A stretch of DNA of 64,000 bases from an uncultured Prevotella sp. (GTDB taxonomy: Bacteria > Bacteroidota > Bacteroidia > Bacteroidales > Bacteroidaceae). Positions 53,568 to 62,535 of the stretch are shown here, piece after piece (the first letter of the stretch is position 1; each line of letters starts with the position of its first letter). A program made the position numbers and the translations under genes. The stretch lies in assembly GCA_905235835.1 (NCBI GenBank), contig CAJONQ010000028.1:10197-74196 (forward strand), read 5' to 3'. The notes beneath the pieces are model-generated. The model did not search any database. It saw nothing but the letters and a program-made list of their open reading frames with translations, and was not told the DNA's origin.

Positions 53568-55296
53568 GCCTATGGACAAGTATAATTGGCAGTCACTACT
53601 GGCTCAGCGAGTCAATACGACATTCCCGGAAACGACAATAATCCCTGTCATTGGCATCACCGGTAATTATGGTGATCAGACCTGCAAGCTTGCAGAGGGT
53701 TATTACAAGTCTGTCCTTAAGGCAGGAGCTATTCCTATTATCATACCTCCCCTTGACGATACCGATGCTATCCTCAACACCTTGAGGAAAATTGATGGTC
53801 TGATTCTCAGTGGTGGTGGTGACTACGATCCCCGCTATGCCGGTGAGGAGCCTGATCCCAAATTGGGTGAGATCAATACCGAGCGAGACCTTCCAGAGTT
53901 GTTCATTACCCGTCTTGCCTATAACCGCCAGATGCCCATTTTAGGTATCTGTCGGGGAATCCAGACCCTTGCCATGGCATTGGATGGAAAGGTCAAACAA
54001 GATATTACCGATGTAGCTACCATCAATCACTCCCAAAGTGAGGACCGTTCCGTAGCCACGCATCAGGTCACTATCGAGAAAGACTCCATCCTCTACCAAC
54101 TCTATGAGAAGACACAACTCTCCGTCAATTCCTTTCACCATCAGGCAGTATGTGACTGTGGGGAACGGTTCCGTGTGACAGCAAAGTCGGAAGATGGTAT
54201 CATCGAGGCGATGGAGAGCCGTGAGTATAAGAGCATCATGGGTGTGCAATGGCATCCTGAGTGTCTTGACGACGGGCTTCCCATTTTCGAATGGATCGTT
54301 AAAGAGGCAGAGGATTACCATAATTTACTGGTCTTCCATAGATCCCTACACACCCTCGACTCCCATTGTGACACACCGATGTTCTTCCCGCAGGGTGTCG
54401 ATTTCGGTAATCGTGACGACAGGATTCTTGTTGATTTGCATAAGATGAATGACGGGCACCTCGATACCTCCATCATGGTCGCCTATCTGCCACAGCCTAC
54501 CGAGAACCCCACCGCATATGCCGACAGTATCTTTGATAAGATAGAAGAGATTGTCAGCCGGCACAAGGACTATCTTGCCATTGCCGACTCTCCAGCATCC
54601 ATCCTCTGTAATAAAGCGAATGGCAAGAAGTCCATCATGCTGGGTATAGAGAATGGTATTGCGTTGGATGGTAAACTGGAGAACGTGGAGCACTTTTCCA
54701 AACGTGGAATTGTCTATATCACCCTCTGTCACAATGGCGACAATGATATCTGCGACTCCGCCAAAGGCAGTCAGACACATAATGGTGTCAGCAAGTTTGG
54801 TAAGAAAGTCATCAGGGAGATGAACAAACGAGGTATCCTTGTGGATCTCAGCCACGCGTCAGAGAAGAGTTTCTATGACGCACTGGAAATCAGTAAGAAA
54901 CCCGTCGTATGCAGCCATAGCAACTGTCGTGCTCTCTGCGACCATCCCCGTAACCTCACAGACGACCAGATGCGAGCCCTTGCCAAGAAGGGAGGTGTCA
55001 TGCAGATCACCCTTTATCATGGTTTCCTGCGTAGTGACGGGGAGGCAACCGTTGAGGATGTCCTTGCCCATCTGGAACATGCCATTGAGGTGATGGGAAT
55101 AGAGCATGTGGGTATCGGAACCGATTTCGATGGTGACGGTGGTGTTCGTGGTTTTGCCAATGCCTCAGATGTCCTCAACTTCACCCGTCTGCTGAGGAAG
55201 CGCGGTTATTCCAAGGAAGACATCCAAAAGATATGGGGTATGAATTTCCTGTATGTCATGAATAGAGCACAATTAGCGAAGGGATTATTATGGTAA
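53560..55296 (+). CDS. fusion protein: peptidase C26/class-I glutamine amidotransferase-like hydrolase + M19 membrane-type dipeptidase
   Basis: ORF 53539..55296. N-terminal half has ILGICRGIQ and GVQWHPE. C-terminal half has HCDTP, DLSHASEKSF, CSHSNCRAL and GTDFDGDGG. The start overlaps the asnC-family stop. Confidence 0.8.
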   Translation: MSKPMDKYNWQSLLAQRVNTTFPETTIIPVIGITGNYGDQTCKLAEGYYKSVLKAGAIPIIIPPLDDTDAILNTLRKIDGLILSGGGDYDPRYAGEEPDPKLGEINTERDLPELFITRLAYNRQMPILGICRGIQTLAMALDGKVKQDITDVATINHSQSEDRSVATHQVTIEKDSILYQLYEKTQLSVNSFHHQAVCDCGERFRVTAKSEDGIIEAMESREYKSIMGVQWHPECLDDGLPIFEWIVKEAEDYHNLLVFHRSLHTLDSHCDTPMFFPQGVDFGNRDDRILVDLHKMNDGHLDTSIMVAYLPQPTENPTAYADSIFDKIEEIVSRHKDYLAIADSPASILCNKANGKKSIMLGIENGIALDGKLENVEHFSKRGIVYITLCHNGDNDICDSAKGSQTHNGVSKFGKKVIREMNKRGILVDLSHASEKSFYDALEISKKPVVCSHSNCRALCDHPRNLTDDQMRALAKKGGVMQITLYHGFLRSDGEATVEDVLAHLEHAIEVMGIEHVGIGTDFDGDGGVRGFANASDVLNFTRLLRKRGYSKEDIQKIWGMNFLYVMNRAQLAKGLLW

Positions 55297-55700
55297 CCTA
55301 TAACGTCGAGAACGTCCGTTTTCCGAAGATCAAACGCCGTGAGACCACCGCATGGATCCGTCGTGTCGCTGCCACCTATGGTAAGAAGGTAGGGGAGGTC
55401 GGTTACCTCTTCTGCGATGACGAGCATATCCTGGAGGTCAACCGCCAGTATCTGGGACACGACTACTATACTGATATCATTACCTTCGACGATGACGAGG
55501 GGGACACGCTCAATGGTGATTTGGTGATTTCCCTCGATACCGTCCGTTCCAATGCCGAGCTATTCCATAAGGAATACGACGAGGAGCTGCATCGTGTCAT
55601 CATCCATGGCATCCTGCACCTCTGTGGCATTAACGACAAGGGACCTGGTGAGCGTGAGGTGATGGAGGCTGCCGAGAATAAGGCACTTGCCATGCGCTGA
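55290..55700 (+). CDS. ybeY: rRNA maturation endoribonuclease YbeY
   Basis: 136 aa. HGILHLCG zinc-binding motif. Confidence 0.93.
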   Translation: MVTYNVENVRFPKIKRRETTAWIRRVAATYGKKVGEVGYLFCDDEHILEVNRQYLGHDYYTDIITFDDDEGDTLNGDLVISLDTVRSNAELFHKEYDEELHRVIIHGILHLCGINDKGPGEREVMEAAENKALAMR

Positions 55701-55732
55701 ACGTAAAGAACGACATATTAACCAAACTATAT

Positions 55733-57304
55733 ATGCGAAAACGATGGACATGTATGGCTTTGTCCATACTATTGTTACTTTCCAGTTGTAACCAGCAACC
55801 GCCACGTTATGTCATTGGTGTCTCCCAATGCTCAGGAGATATCTGGCGTGACAAGCAGAATGCCGAGCTGCGTATGGGTGCCTATATCCAAGGCGATGTG
55901 GAAGTACGTTTCGCCTCCGCCTATGATAGTGACCAGCGGCAAGTCCAGCAGATAGACAGTCTGGTGAGCACGGGCATCGACCTGCTCATTGTCGCTCCCA
56001 ATCAGGTGGCAACAATCTCCACAGCCATCGACCGAGCCTATGATAAGGGTATTCCTGTTATCGTTTTCGAGCGCAAGACCAACTCTAAGAAATATACTGC
56101 CTTTATAGGTGCCGATAACTATGAGATGGGGCGCGTGATGGGTGAGTATATCGCCCAACAGCTCAATGGGAAAGGAAGGATTCTGGAGATCAAGGGACTG
56201 AAAGGCTCTTCTCCTGCTATCGAGCGACATAACGGTTTTGTTGAGGCTCTCCGCCATTTTCCGCAAATGGAACTTGTTGACACCCTGCAGGGTGACTGGA
56301 CAGAGCAAAGCGCCTATGAGGCTGTGAAAGGATGGGCATCATCCTCTGCAACTCCTATTGACTTCGTCTTTGGGCAGAACGACCGTATGGCGTTGGGAGC
56401 CCGTAAGGCACTCACAGAAGTTCATCCTTCTCTTTCCACTAAGTATTGTGGTATTGATGGACTACCCGGTGAGGAAGGAGGCATCCAGCTGGTACGCGAT
56501 TCTGTATTGGTTGCCAGTTATATCTATCCGACCCATGGTGACAAGTTGATACAGCTTGCCGTTAATATCCTTGATGGGAAACCCTATGAGAAAGAGAACC
56601 TCTTGAAGTCGGCACTCGTCACTTGTGCCAATGCCAATATTGTGCAGATGGAGACGGAGGAGACCATGCGGCAGACCACCTATCTCGACCAGTTACATGA
56701 GAAGGCAGACTCCTATTTGCGGGAACTCGCCACCCAGCGTACCGTGAGCTGGATGCTGGTTGCCATCATCTTTATTATCATCATAAGTGCTATCCTGATA
56801 GTCACCAATATGCATCGTCGTCATCGTTTGGAGCGACAAGCATTCTCGATGGTGGTCAATGTGCCTCAGAGTGAGACCCTTCCACCTTCCAGTGGGCAAC
56901 CCTCAAGCCACAAATCCCCAATTCCAACCCTTACAGAGGTTACTCTAGAGGAGCAGGCAAATATGGAGGCAGAGAATGATGCCCGTTTCTTGGAGAAGCT
57001 TCGTCAGTATGTGCAGGAAAAGATGGGTAACAGTGATTTCAGTGTGGAGGATCTGGCGGTACAGATGGGTGTAAGCCGTGTACAACTATACCGTAAGGTG
57101 AAGGCGCAGACAGGACGTACCCCTGTGGATATCATCCGACTGAGCCGTCTTAATCGTAGTAAAGTATTGTTGCAGACTACCGATCTCTCTGTTAGTGAGA
57201 TAGCCTATCAGGTAGGCTTTACTGCCCCCAGCTACTTCACCAAATGTTTCAAGGAAGAGTTCGGCTCATTGCCGGGAGATATAAGAAAATTACAAGAAAA
57301 ATGA
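55733..57304 (+). CDS. membrane-spanning regulator: periplasmic sugar-binding (PBP1) domain + TM helix + AraC-type HTH
   Basis: 523 aa. Lipoprotein-like signal LLLLSSC, a PBP1-like fold (IGVSQCSGDIWR...IVAPNQ...), TM helix WMLVAIIFIIIISAILIV, and a C-terminal HTH_18 (VSEIAYQVGFTAPSYFTKCFKEEFG). Confidence 0.8.
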   Translation: MRKRWTCMALSILLLLSSCNQQPPRYVIGVSQCSGDIWRDKQNAELRMGAYIQGDVEVRFASAYDSDQRQVQQIDSLVSTGIDLLIVAPNQVATISTAIDRAYDKGIPVIVFERKTNSKKYTAFIGADNYEMGRVMGEYIAQQLNGKGRILEIKGLKGSSPAIERHNGFVEALRHFPQMELVDTLQGDWTEQSAYEAVKGWASSSATPIDFVFGQNDRMALGARKALTEVHPSLSTKYCGIDGLPGEEGGIQLVRDSVLVASYIYPTHGDKLIQLAVNILDGKPYEKENLLKSALVTCANANIVQMETEETMRQTTYLDQLHEKADSYLRELATQRTVSWMLVAIIFIIIISAILIVTNMHRRHRLERQAFSMVVNVPQSETLPPSSGQPSSHKSPIPTLTEVTLEEQANMEAENDARFLEKLRQYVQEKMGNSDFSVEDLAVQMGVSRVQLYRKVKAQTGRTPVDIIRLSRLNRSKVLLQTTDLSVSEIAYQVGFTAPSYFTKCFKEEFGSLPGDIRKLQEK

Positions 57305-57345
57305 AAAAAAGTCGAAGATTTTTTTGGTAATTCAAAAAAAACCAC

Positions 57346-57353
57346 TACCTTTG
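57346..57353 (+). promoter_or_regulatory. -7 box TACCTTTG of the candidate small RNA
   Basis: Matches TAnnTTTG, 42 nt after the regulator stop codon. Confidence 0.5.
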
Positions 57354-57357
57354 CACT

Positions 57358-57436
57358 TGAGTAATGAATAGTTGATAATAAGTTAGTTAGAAATTGGAGT
57401 AGGAGTTGTCGTGAGACAGTTCCTACTATTTTTTTG
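57358..57436 (+). ncRNA. candidate small RNA of about 75-80 nt (promoter box to intrinsic terminator)
   Basis: 13-bp stem 57398-57410/57415-57427 (two G-U pairs), a GTGA tetraloop, then ATTTTTTTG. No ORF longer than 3 codons. The TSS position is inferred, not observed. Confidence 0.45.
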
Positions 57437-57483
57437 TGCTGTTGGAAGGAAATGATGGGATTCATCGGGTTATGAAAACTAAT

Positions 57484-57529
57484 AAAAATCGTTCATTATC
57501 TAACAAATATGTTACGTTGAACGATTTTT
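57484..57529. terminator. 12-bp perfect hairpin aaaaatcgttca/tgaacgattttt (22-nt loop)
   Basis: Read directly. The arms end in A5/T5, so it could terminate in either direction. Confidence 0.5.
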
Positions 57530-57568
57530 GGGATTCTTTGAAACATCTTTTCTATCCCTCACCTATAG

Positions 57569-57576
57569 TACTTTTG
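57569..57576 (+). promoter_or_regulatory. -7 box TACTTTTG for susC
   Basis: 46 nt upstream of ATG 57623. Confidence 0.6.
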
Positions 57577-57622
57577 CAGCAGTAAAAGTTAACAAGAGTA
57601 CTAACAAAAACCTAAAAAGCAA

Positions 57623-60600
57623 ATGGAACAAATGAAAAGATTCATTTTAAGCTTCCTCGCCTTGGCGCTATGTACTATATTGTATGCGCAGGAGGCTGTC
57701 ACGGGTAGTGTAGTCGACCAGACAGGTGAGCCTGTCATCGGTGCTACCGTGATGGAAAAGGGTACGTCAAACGGTACAGTGACCGATTTTGACGGTAATT
57801 TCTCGTTGAAGGTGGCAGCAGGTAAGATGCTGACCATCTCCTACATCGGTTATCAGACCCAGGAGTTGCCTGCTGCCAATGGCATGAAGGTGACGATGCA
57901 GGAAGATGCCTTGGCACTCAACGAGGTTGTCGTAACGGGTTATACCACTCAGCGTAAGGCAGACCTGACCGGTGCCGTATCGGTAGTCAGTGTTGCCGAG
58001 CTTGCCAAGCAGAACGAGAACAACCCGATGAAGGCTCTGCAGGGTCGTGTGCCAGGTATGAATATCTCTGCCGATGGTAATCTGGAGGGTGCCGCAACGG
58101 TACGTATTCGTGGTGAGGGTACCCTGAACTCTGGTGTCGACCCACTCTACATCATCGATGGTGTGCCTACGACATCGGGTATGCATGAGTTGAATGGTAA
58201 CGATATTGAGTCTATTCAGGTATTGAAGGATGCCGCCTCTGCCTCTATCTATGGTAGCCGTGCTGCCAATGGTGTGATCATCATCACTACCAAGAAGGGT
58301 AAGGACGGTAAGGTGAAGGTAAACTTCGACACTTCGGTGGCTGCCTCTTTTTATACCAACAAGATTGAGACGATGAATGCCCAGCAATGGGGTCGTGCCT
58401 TTTGGCAGGCGAACGTTAACGATGGGCTGAACCCCAACAACAACAACTTAGGTTACAACTTCGATTGGGGCTATGACGCTCAAGGCAATCCCGTATTGAA
58501 CAGTATGTCGATGGATATGTTCTTGGACGAGGGCGCTTCGGTACGCTCCTCAGACACCGACTGGTTCAAGGAGATTACTCGCACAGGTGTCGTACAGCAG
58601 TACAACCTCTCAGTAAGCAACGGCAACGAGAAAGGCAACTGCTTCTTCTCCGTGGGCTACTACGATAATATGGGTACCATCAAGGACTCGCACTTCAGTC
58701 GTCTGTCTGGTCGTGCCAATGCCGACTATAAGTTGTTCGATGGCAAGGTGGTGATTGGTGAGAACTTCACCGTAAACCGCACAAAGGGTGTCTCCGCCCC
58801 TGGTGGTATACTGGAGAATGCCTTGGAGTTTAACCCCAATTTCCCCATCTATGCGGAGAATGGAGAGTTTGCTCAGGCTCTTGGTGCCTATTCAGAGCGT
58901 GAGAACCCGATGAGCATGCTCTCTAATAATAAGAATAACGAATACACCCAGTGGCGTATGTTCGGTGATGCCCACCTGAGTATTACCCCGTTCAAGAACT
59001 TCACGATCCGCACCACCTTGGGTATGGACTATACGCAGAAGCAGCAGCGCTTCTTCCTCTATCCGATAGTCAATGGTAAGATGAAGCGTACCGAGTCAGC
59101 TGCCGAGAGCAAGCAGGAGCATTGGATGAACTGGATGTGGAATGCCATTGTTACCTACAACTTAGAGAAGGGCAAGCACCGTGGTGATGCCATGGTTGGT
59201 GTGGAGGTCAACCGTCAGAACTATAATATGAGTGATGCCCAGCGCTACGAGCTTGCCATCCTGAATACGGACTACATGTGGCCCTCTGCAGGTACTGGTC
59301 GCCAGTTGGCAACAGGTTTCGGCAATGGCTATTCGCTGGTATCATTCTTCGGCAAGGTAAACTACACCTACGATGACAAGTATATGGCTTCGTTCACCAT
59401 CCGTCATGACGGTTCGAGTCGTTTCGGTGAGAACAGGCAGTACGGTACCTTCCCCTCTGTCTCTGCAGGTTGGCGTATCACCCAGGAGAAGTTCATGCAG
59501 AAGACCAGCTCATGGCTCGACGACCTGAAGCTGCGCTACTCATGGGGTCAGACTGGTAACCAGGCGATTGACAATACAGCACGCTATACACTCTATCAGG
59601 CACTGGTGTCTGCTAATATCTGGGACGAGAACCAGGCTGGTTCCGCCTACGACATCAAGGGTACGAACGGCGGTGCTGCCATTCCTACGGGATATGTACG
59701 TTCACAGCGTGGTAACGAGGACATCAAGTGGGAGACCACTACCCAGCACAATATCGGTATGGATTTCGCCATGCTGCGCAACGAGATTTACGGTAGTGTT
59801 GACTGGTTCCATAAGAAGACCACCGACATCCTGCTCTTCATGGAGGGTATCGCCTCGATGGGTGAGGGTAGCGGTCAGTGGATTAATGCTGGTGAGATGA
59901 AGAACACTGGTTGGGAGTTCTCGTTAGGCTATCGCCACAAGCTGGCGAACGGGTTCTCATGGGATGTCAACGGTAATATCAGTCTCTATCGCAACGAGAT
60001 TACCAAGCTTCCTGAGACCGTGATCGCCAACGGTAAGTTTGGTGGTAACAGTAAGTTAAGCGTTATCGGCAACTCAAAGGGCTCGCTGGTAGGTTATGTA
60101 GCCGACGGTCTGTTCAAGAGTCAGGAGGAGATTGACAACCACGCTGTTCAGCAGGGTGCCGGACTGGGACGTATCCGTTATAAGGACCTCAACGGTGACG
60201 GTTATATCACGGAGGACGACCAGACATGGATCTTCGACCCGACACCTAAGTTCACATGGGGTCTGAATATCTACCTGCAGTATAAGAACTTCGACTTCAC
60301 CATGTTCTGGCAGGGTGTTCAGGGTGTCGATGTCAATACGCACGGCTTCAAGGCTCGCACCGACTTCTGGGCTAACTCTACGGTCAATGTTCCCTATTTG
60401 AACAAGGGTACCCGTGTGCTGGGTGCTTGGAGTCCTTCCAATGCAGGCAGTAACATTCCTGCACTGACCACAGCCGACACCAACAACGAGGGACGTCTTT
60501 CTACTTATTATATTGAGAATGGTTCGTTTGCCAAGCTTCGCACCATCCAGTTAGGATACAATATTCCTAAGAGCTTCACCGATAAGTTGCATCTCGACCG

Positions 60601-60736
60601 TCTGCGTGTCTATCTCTCAGCACAGAACCTGCTGACTATCAAGAGCGGCAAGTTCACGGGCTCAGACCCAGAGAACCCCGGATTCAACTATCCTATCCCT
60701 CTGAACCTGACATTTGGCTTAAACGTTTCATTCTAA
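57623..60736 (+). CDS. SusC/RagA family TonB-linked outer membrane protein
   Basis: 1037 aa. Signal peptide, carboxypeptidase-regulatory-like domain (VTGSVVDQTGEPVIGATV), a plug, and a barrel ending in F. Confidence 0.95.
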   Translation: MEQMKRFILSFLALALCTILYAQEAVTGSVVDQTGEPVIGATVMEKGTSNGTVTDFDGNFSLKVAAGKMLTISYIGYQTQELPAANGMKVTMQEDALALNEVVVTGYTTQRKADLTGAVSVVSVAELAKQNENNPMKALQGRVPGMNISADGNLEGAATVRIRGEGTLNSGVDPLYIIDGVPTTSGMHELNGNDIESIQVLKDAASASIYGSRAANGVIIITTKKGKDGKVKVNFDTSVAASFYTNKIETMNAQQWGRAFWQANVNDGLNPNNNNLGYNFDWGYDAQGNPVLNSMSMDMFLDEGASVRSSDTDWFKEITRTGVVQQYNLSVSNGNEKGNCFFSVGYYDNMGTIKDSHFSRLSGRANADYKLFDGKVVIGENFTVNRTKGVSAPGGILENALEFNPNFPIYAENGEFAQALGAYSERENPMSMLSNNKNNEYTQWRMFGDAHLSITPFKNFTIRTTLGMDYTQKQQRFFLYPIVNGKMKRTESAAESKQEHWMNWMWNAIVTYNLEKGKHRGDAMVGVEVNRQNYNMSDAQRYELAILNTDYMWPSAGTGRQLATGFGNGYSLVSFFGKVNYTYDDKYMASFTIRHDGSSRFGENRQYGTFPSVSAGWRITQEKFMQKTSSWLDDLKLRYSWGQTGNQAIDNTARYTLYQALVSANIWDENQAGSAYDIKGTNGGAAIPTGYVRSQRGNEDIKWETTTQHNIGMDFAMLRNEIYGSVDWFHKKTTDILLFMEGIASMGEGSGQWINAGEMKNTGWEFSLGYRHKLANGFSWDVNGNISLYRNEITKLPETVIANGKFGGNSKLSVIGNSKGSLVGYVADGLFKSQEEIDNHAVQQGAGLGRIRYKDLNGDGYITEDDQTWIFDPTPKFTWGLNIYLQYKNFDFTMFWQGVQGVDVNTHGFKARTDFWANSTVNVPYLNKGTRVLGAWSPSNAGSNIPALTTADTNNEGRLSTYYIENGSFAKLRTIQLGYNIPKSFTDKLHLDRLRVYLSAQNLLTIKSGKFTGSDPENPGFNYPIPLNLTFGLNVSF

Positions 60737-60751
60737 ATATACGATATCATT

Positions 60752-62494
60752 ATGAAAACAAAGATTTTATATATCATCTGTGTTGTCGGTATGCTTGCTT
60801 CCTGCAATAATTTCCTTGACGACCAGAAGCCTCAGGCTACACTGACACAGGACGAAGTGAAAGACCCTAAGTATATTGACGATGTGCTGACATCCGCCTA
60901 TGCCGGTCTGGTTGCCATCGAAGACATGAACTCATCGTTCTCGCTGTGGAACTATGACACCCGTTCAGACGATGCCTACGTGGGTGGTGCTTCTTTCTCG
61001 GACGGTGAACCCTTCCACCGCTTGGAGAAAGGTACGGGAGTCATGACTCAGGACTGGCCCTTCTCCTCTATCTGGACCAAGCTTTATAAGTACCTGTCAC
61101 GTGTTTCGCTGTCACTCGACATGTTGGCAGTCGCTGATCAGGAAAATGCGACGATCCAGCAGCGTACTGCTGAGATGAAGTTCCTCCGTGCCTATGGTCA
61201 CTTCCAGCTGAAGCGTTTGTTTAAGAAGATTCCTTTCGTGAACAAGCTGAACATGACAGAGGACGACTACAATACCCTCTCGAACACCGAATACACGAAC
61301 GACGAGGGATGGCAGCTGATCATCAATGATCTGGAGGATGCCTATCAGGTGCTGCCCGTCACTCAGACCGAGAAGGGACGTCCTACTAAGGCTGCGGCTG
61401 CCGCTTTCCTTGCCAAGGTATATCTTTATAAGGCATATCATCAGGACGATGCTAACTCCAACCAGGTGACCAGCATCAGTCAGGAGGATCTGCAGAAGGT
61501 ACTGCAGTATACGACCCTCTCTATCTATACTGGTGCCGGCTACGGACTGGAGAGCGATCTGCATAACAACTTCCGTCCCGAGGAGGCATACGAGAATGGT
61601 AAAGAGAGCATCTGGGCAATCCAGTACTCACGCAACGACGGTACCACATGGGGCAACCTGAACTTTTCCAACCGTCTGATAGTGCCATGCATTCCTAAGG
61701 TACATGACTCTGGAAACGACTTCTACAAGCCCTCTCACAGTCTGGTGAATGCCTATCGCACGAACAGCAATGGCCTGCCCATCTTGGATAATGCCTCTAC
61801 TACCGACTATGAGGTAGGCGGCAGCGAGACCGTAGACCCCCGTCTGTTCGTCACTGTCGGTGTGCCCGGCACTCCTTATATGTTCAACACGAACTTCATG
61901 ATAGAGAAGAGCAACACCTGGAGCCGAGCAGGTAGCGGTATGTATGGCTGGAACGTTTCACTGAAGCAGAACGTGGACCCCGCACTGACCGACATCTATC
62001 TCTTTAACTGCGACAACCAGTGGGCATCGTCCATGAACCGCATCGTGTTCCGCTATGCCGACGTGCTGCTGATGCGTGCGGAGGCTCAGGCTCAGCTGGG
62101 TAATACGTCAGAGGCTATCACACTGGTGAACCAGGTGCGCGACCGTGCTATCGGCATGGCAAAGACCAGTATCGTCTCTACCTATCCTGTCAAGTATGGT
62201 GTACACTACGCCGTCAACAAGTATAACGGCACTTATAGCAAGGATGAGACACTGAAGATTGTGAAGATGGAGCGTCGTCTGGAGCTTGCCATGGAGTCAG
62301 AGCGTTTCTTCGACCTCGTGCGCTGGGGTGATGCTGCTACAGTCATCAACAAGTTCTATACCGAGGAGGGAGCTAAGATGAACTTCCTGTCGGGTTCTTC
62401 CTTCACAGCCAATAAGAACGAGTATTTGCCTATCCCCGACGAGCAGTACAAGGCTGCTAACGGACACTACCAGCAGAACTGCGGACAGTGGTAA
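60752..62494 (+). CDS. RagB/SusD family nutrient uptake outer membrane lipoprotein
   Basis: 580 aa. Lipobox LASC. Directly downstream of susC. TPR-like SusD blocks (RAYGHFQLKRLF, FRYADVLLMRAEA, ERRLELAMESERFFDLVRW). Confidence 0.93.
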   Translation: MKTKILYIICVVGMLASCNNFLDDQKPQATLTQDEVKDPKYIDDVLTSAYAGLVAIEDMNSSFSLWNYDTRSDDAYVGGASFSDGEPFHRLEKGTGVMTQDWPFSSIWTKLYKYLSRVSLSLDMLAVADQENATIQQRTAEMKFLRAYGHFQLKRLFKKIPFVNKLNMTEDDYNTLSNTEYTNDEGWQLIINDLEDAYQVLPVTQTEKGRPTKAAAAAFLAKVYLYKAYHQDDANSNQVTSISQEDLQKVLQYTTLSIYTGAGYGLESDLHNNFRPEEAYENGKESIWAIQYSRNDGTTWGNLNFSNRLIVPCIPKVHDSGNDFYKPSHSLVNAYRTNSNGLPILDNASTTDYEVGGSETVDPRLFVTVGVPGTPYMFNTNFMIEKSNTWSRAGSGMYGWNVSLKQNVDPALTDIYLFNCDNQWASSMNRIVFRYADVLLMRAEAQAQLGNTSEAITLVNQVRDRAIGMAKTSIVSTYPVKYGVHYAVNKYNGTYSKDETLKIVKMERRLELAMESERFFDLVRWGDAATVINKFYTEEGAKMNFLSGSSFTANKNEYLPIPDEQYKAANGHYQQNCGQW

Positions 62495-62535
62495 TACGGT
62501 TCCTAAATAACAACTAATAATAAAAAAGAGATATT

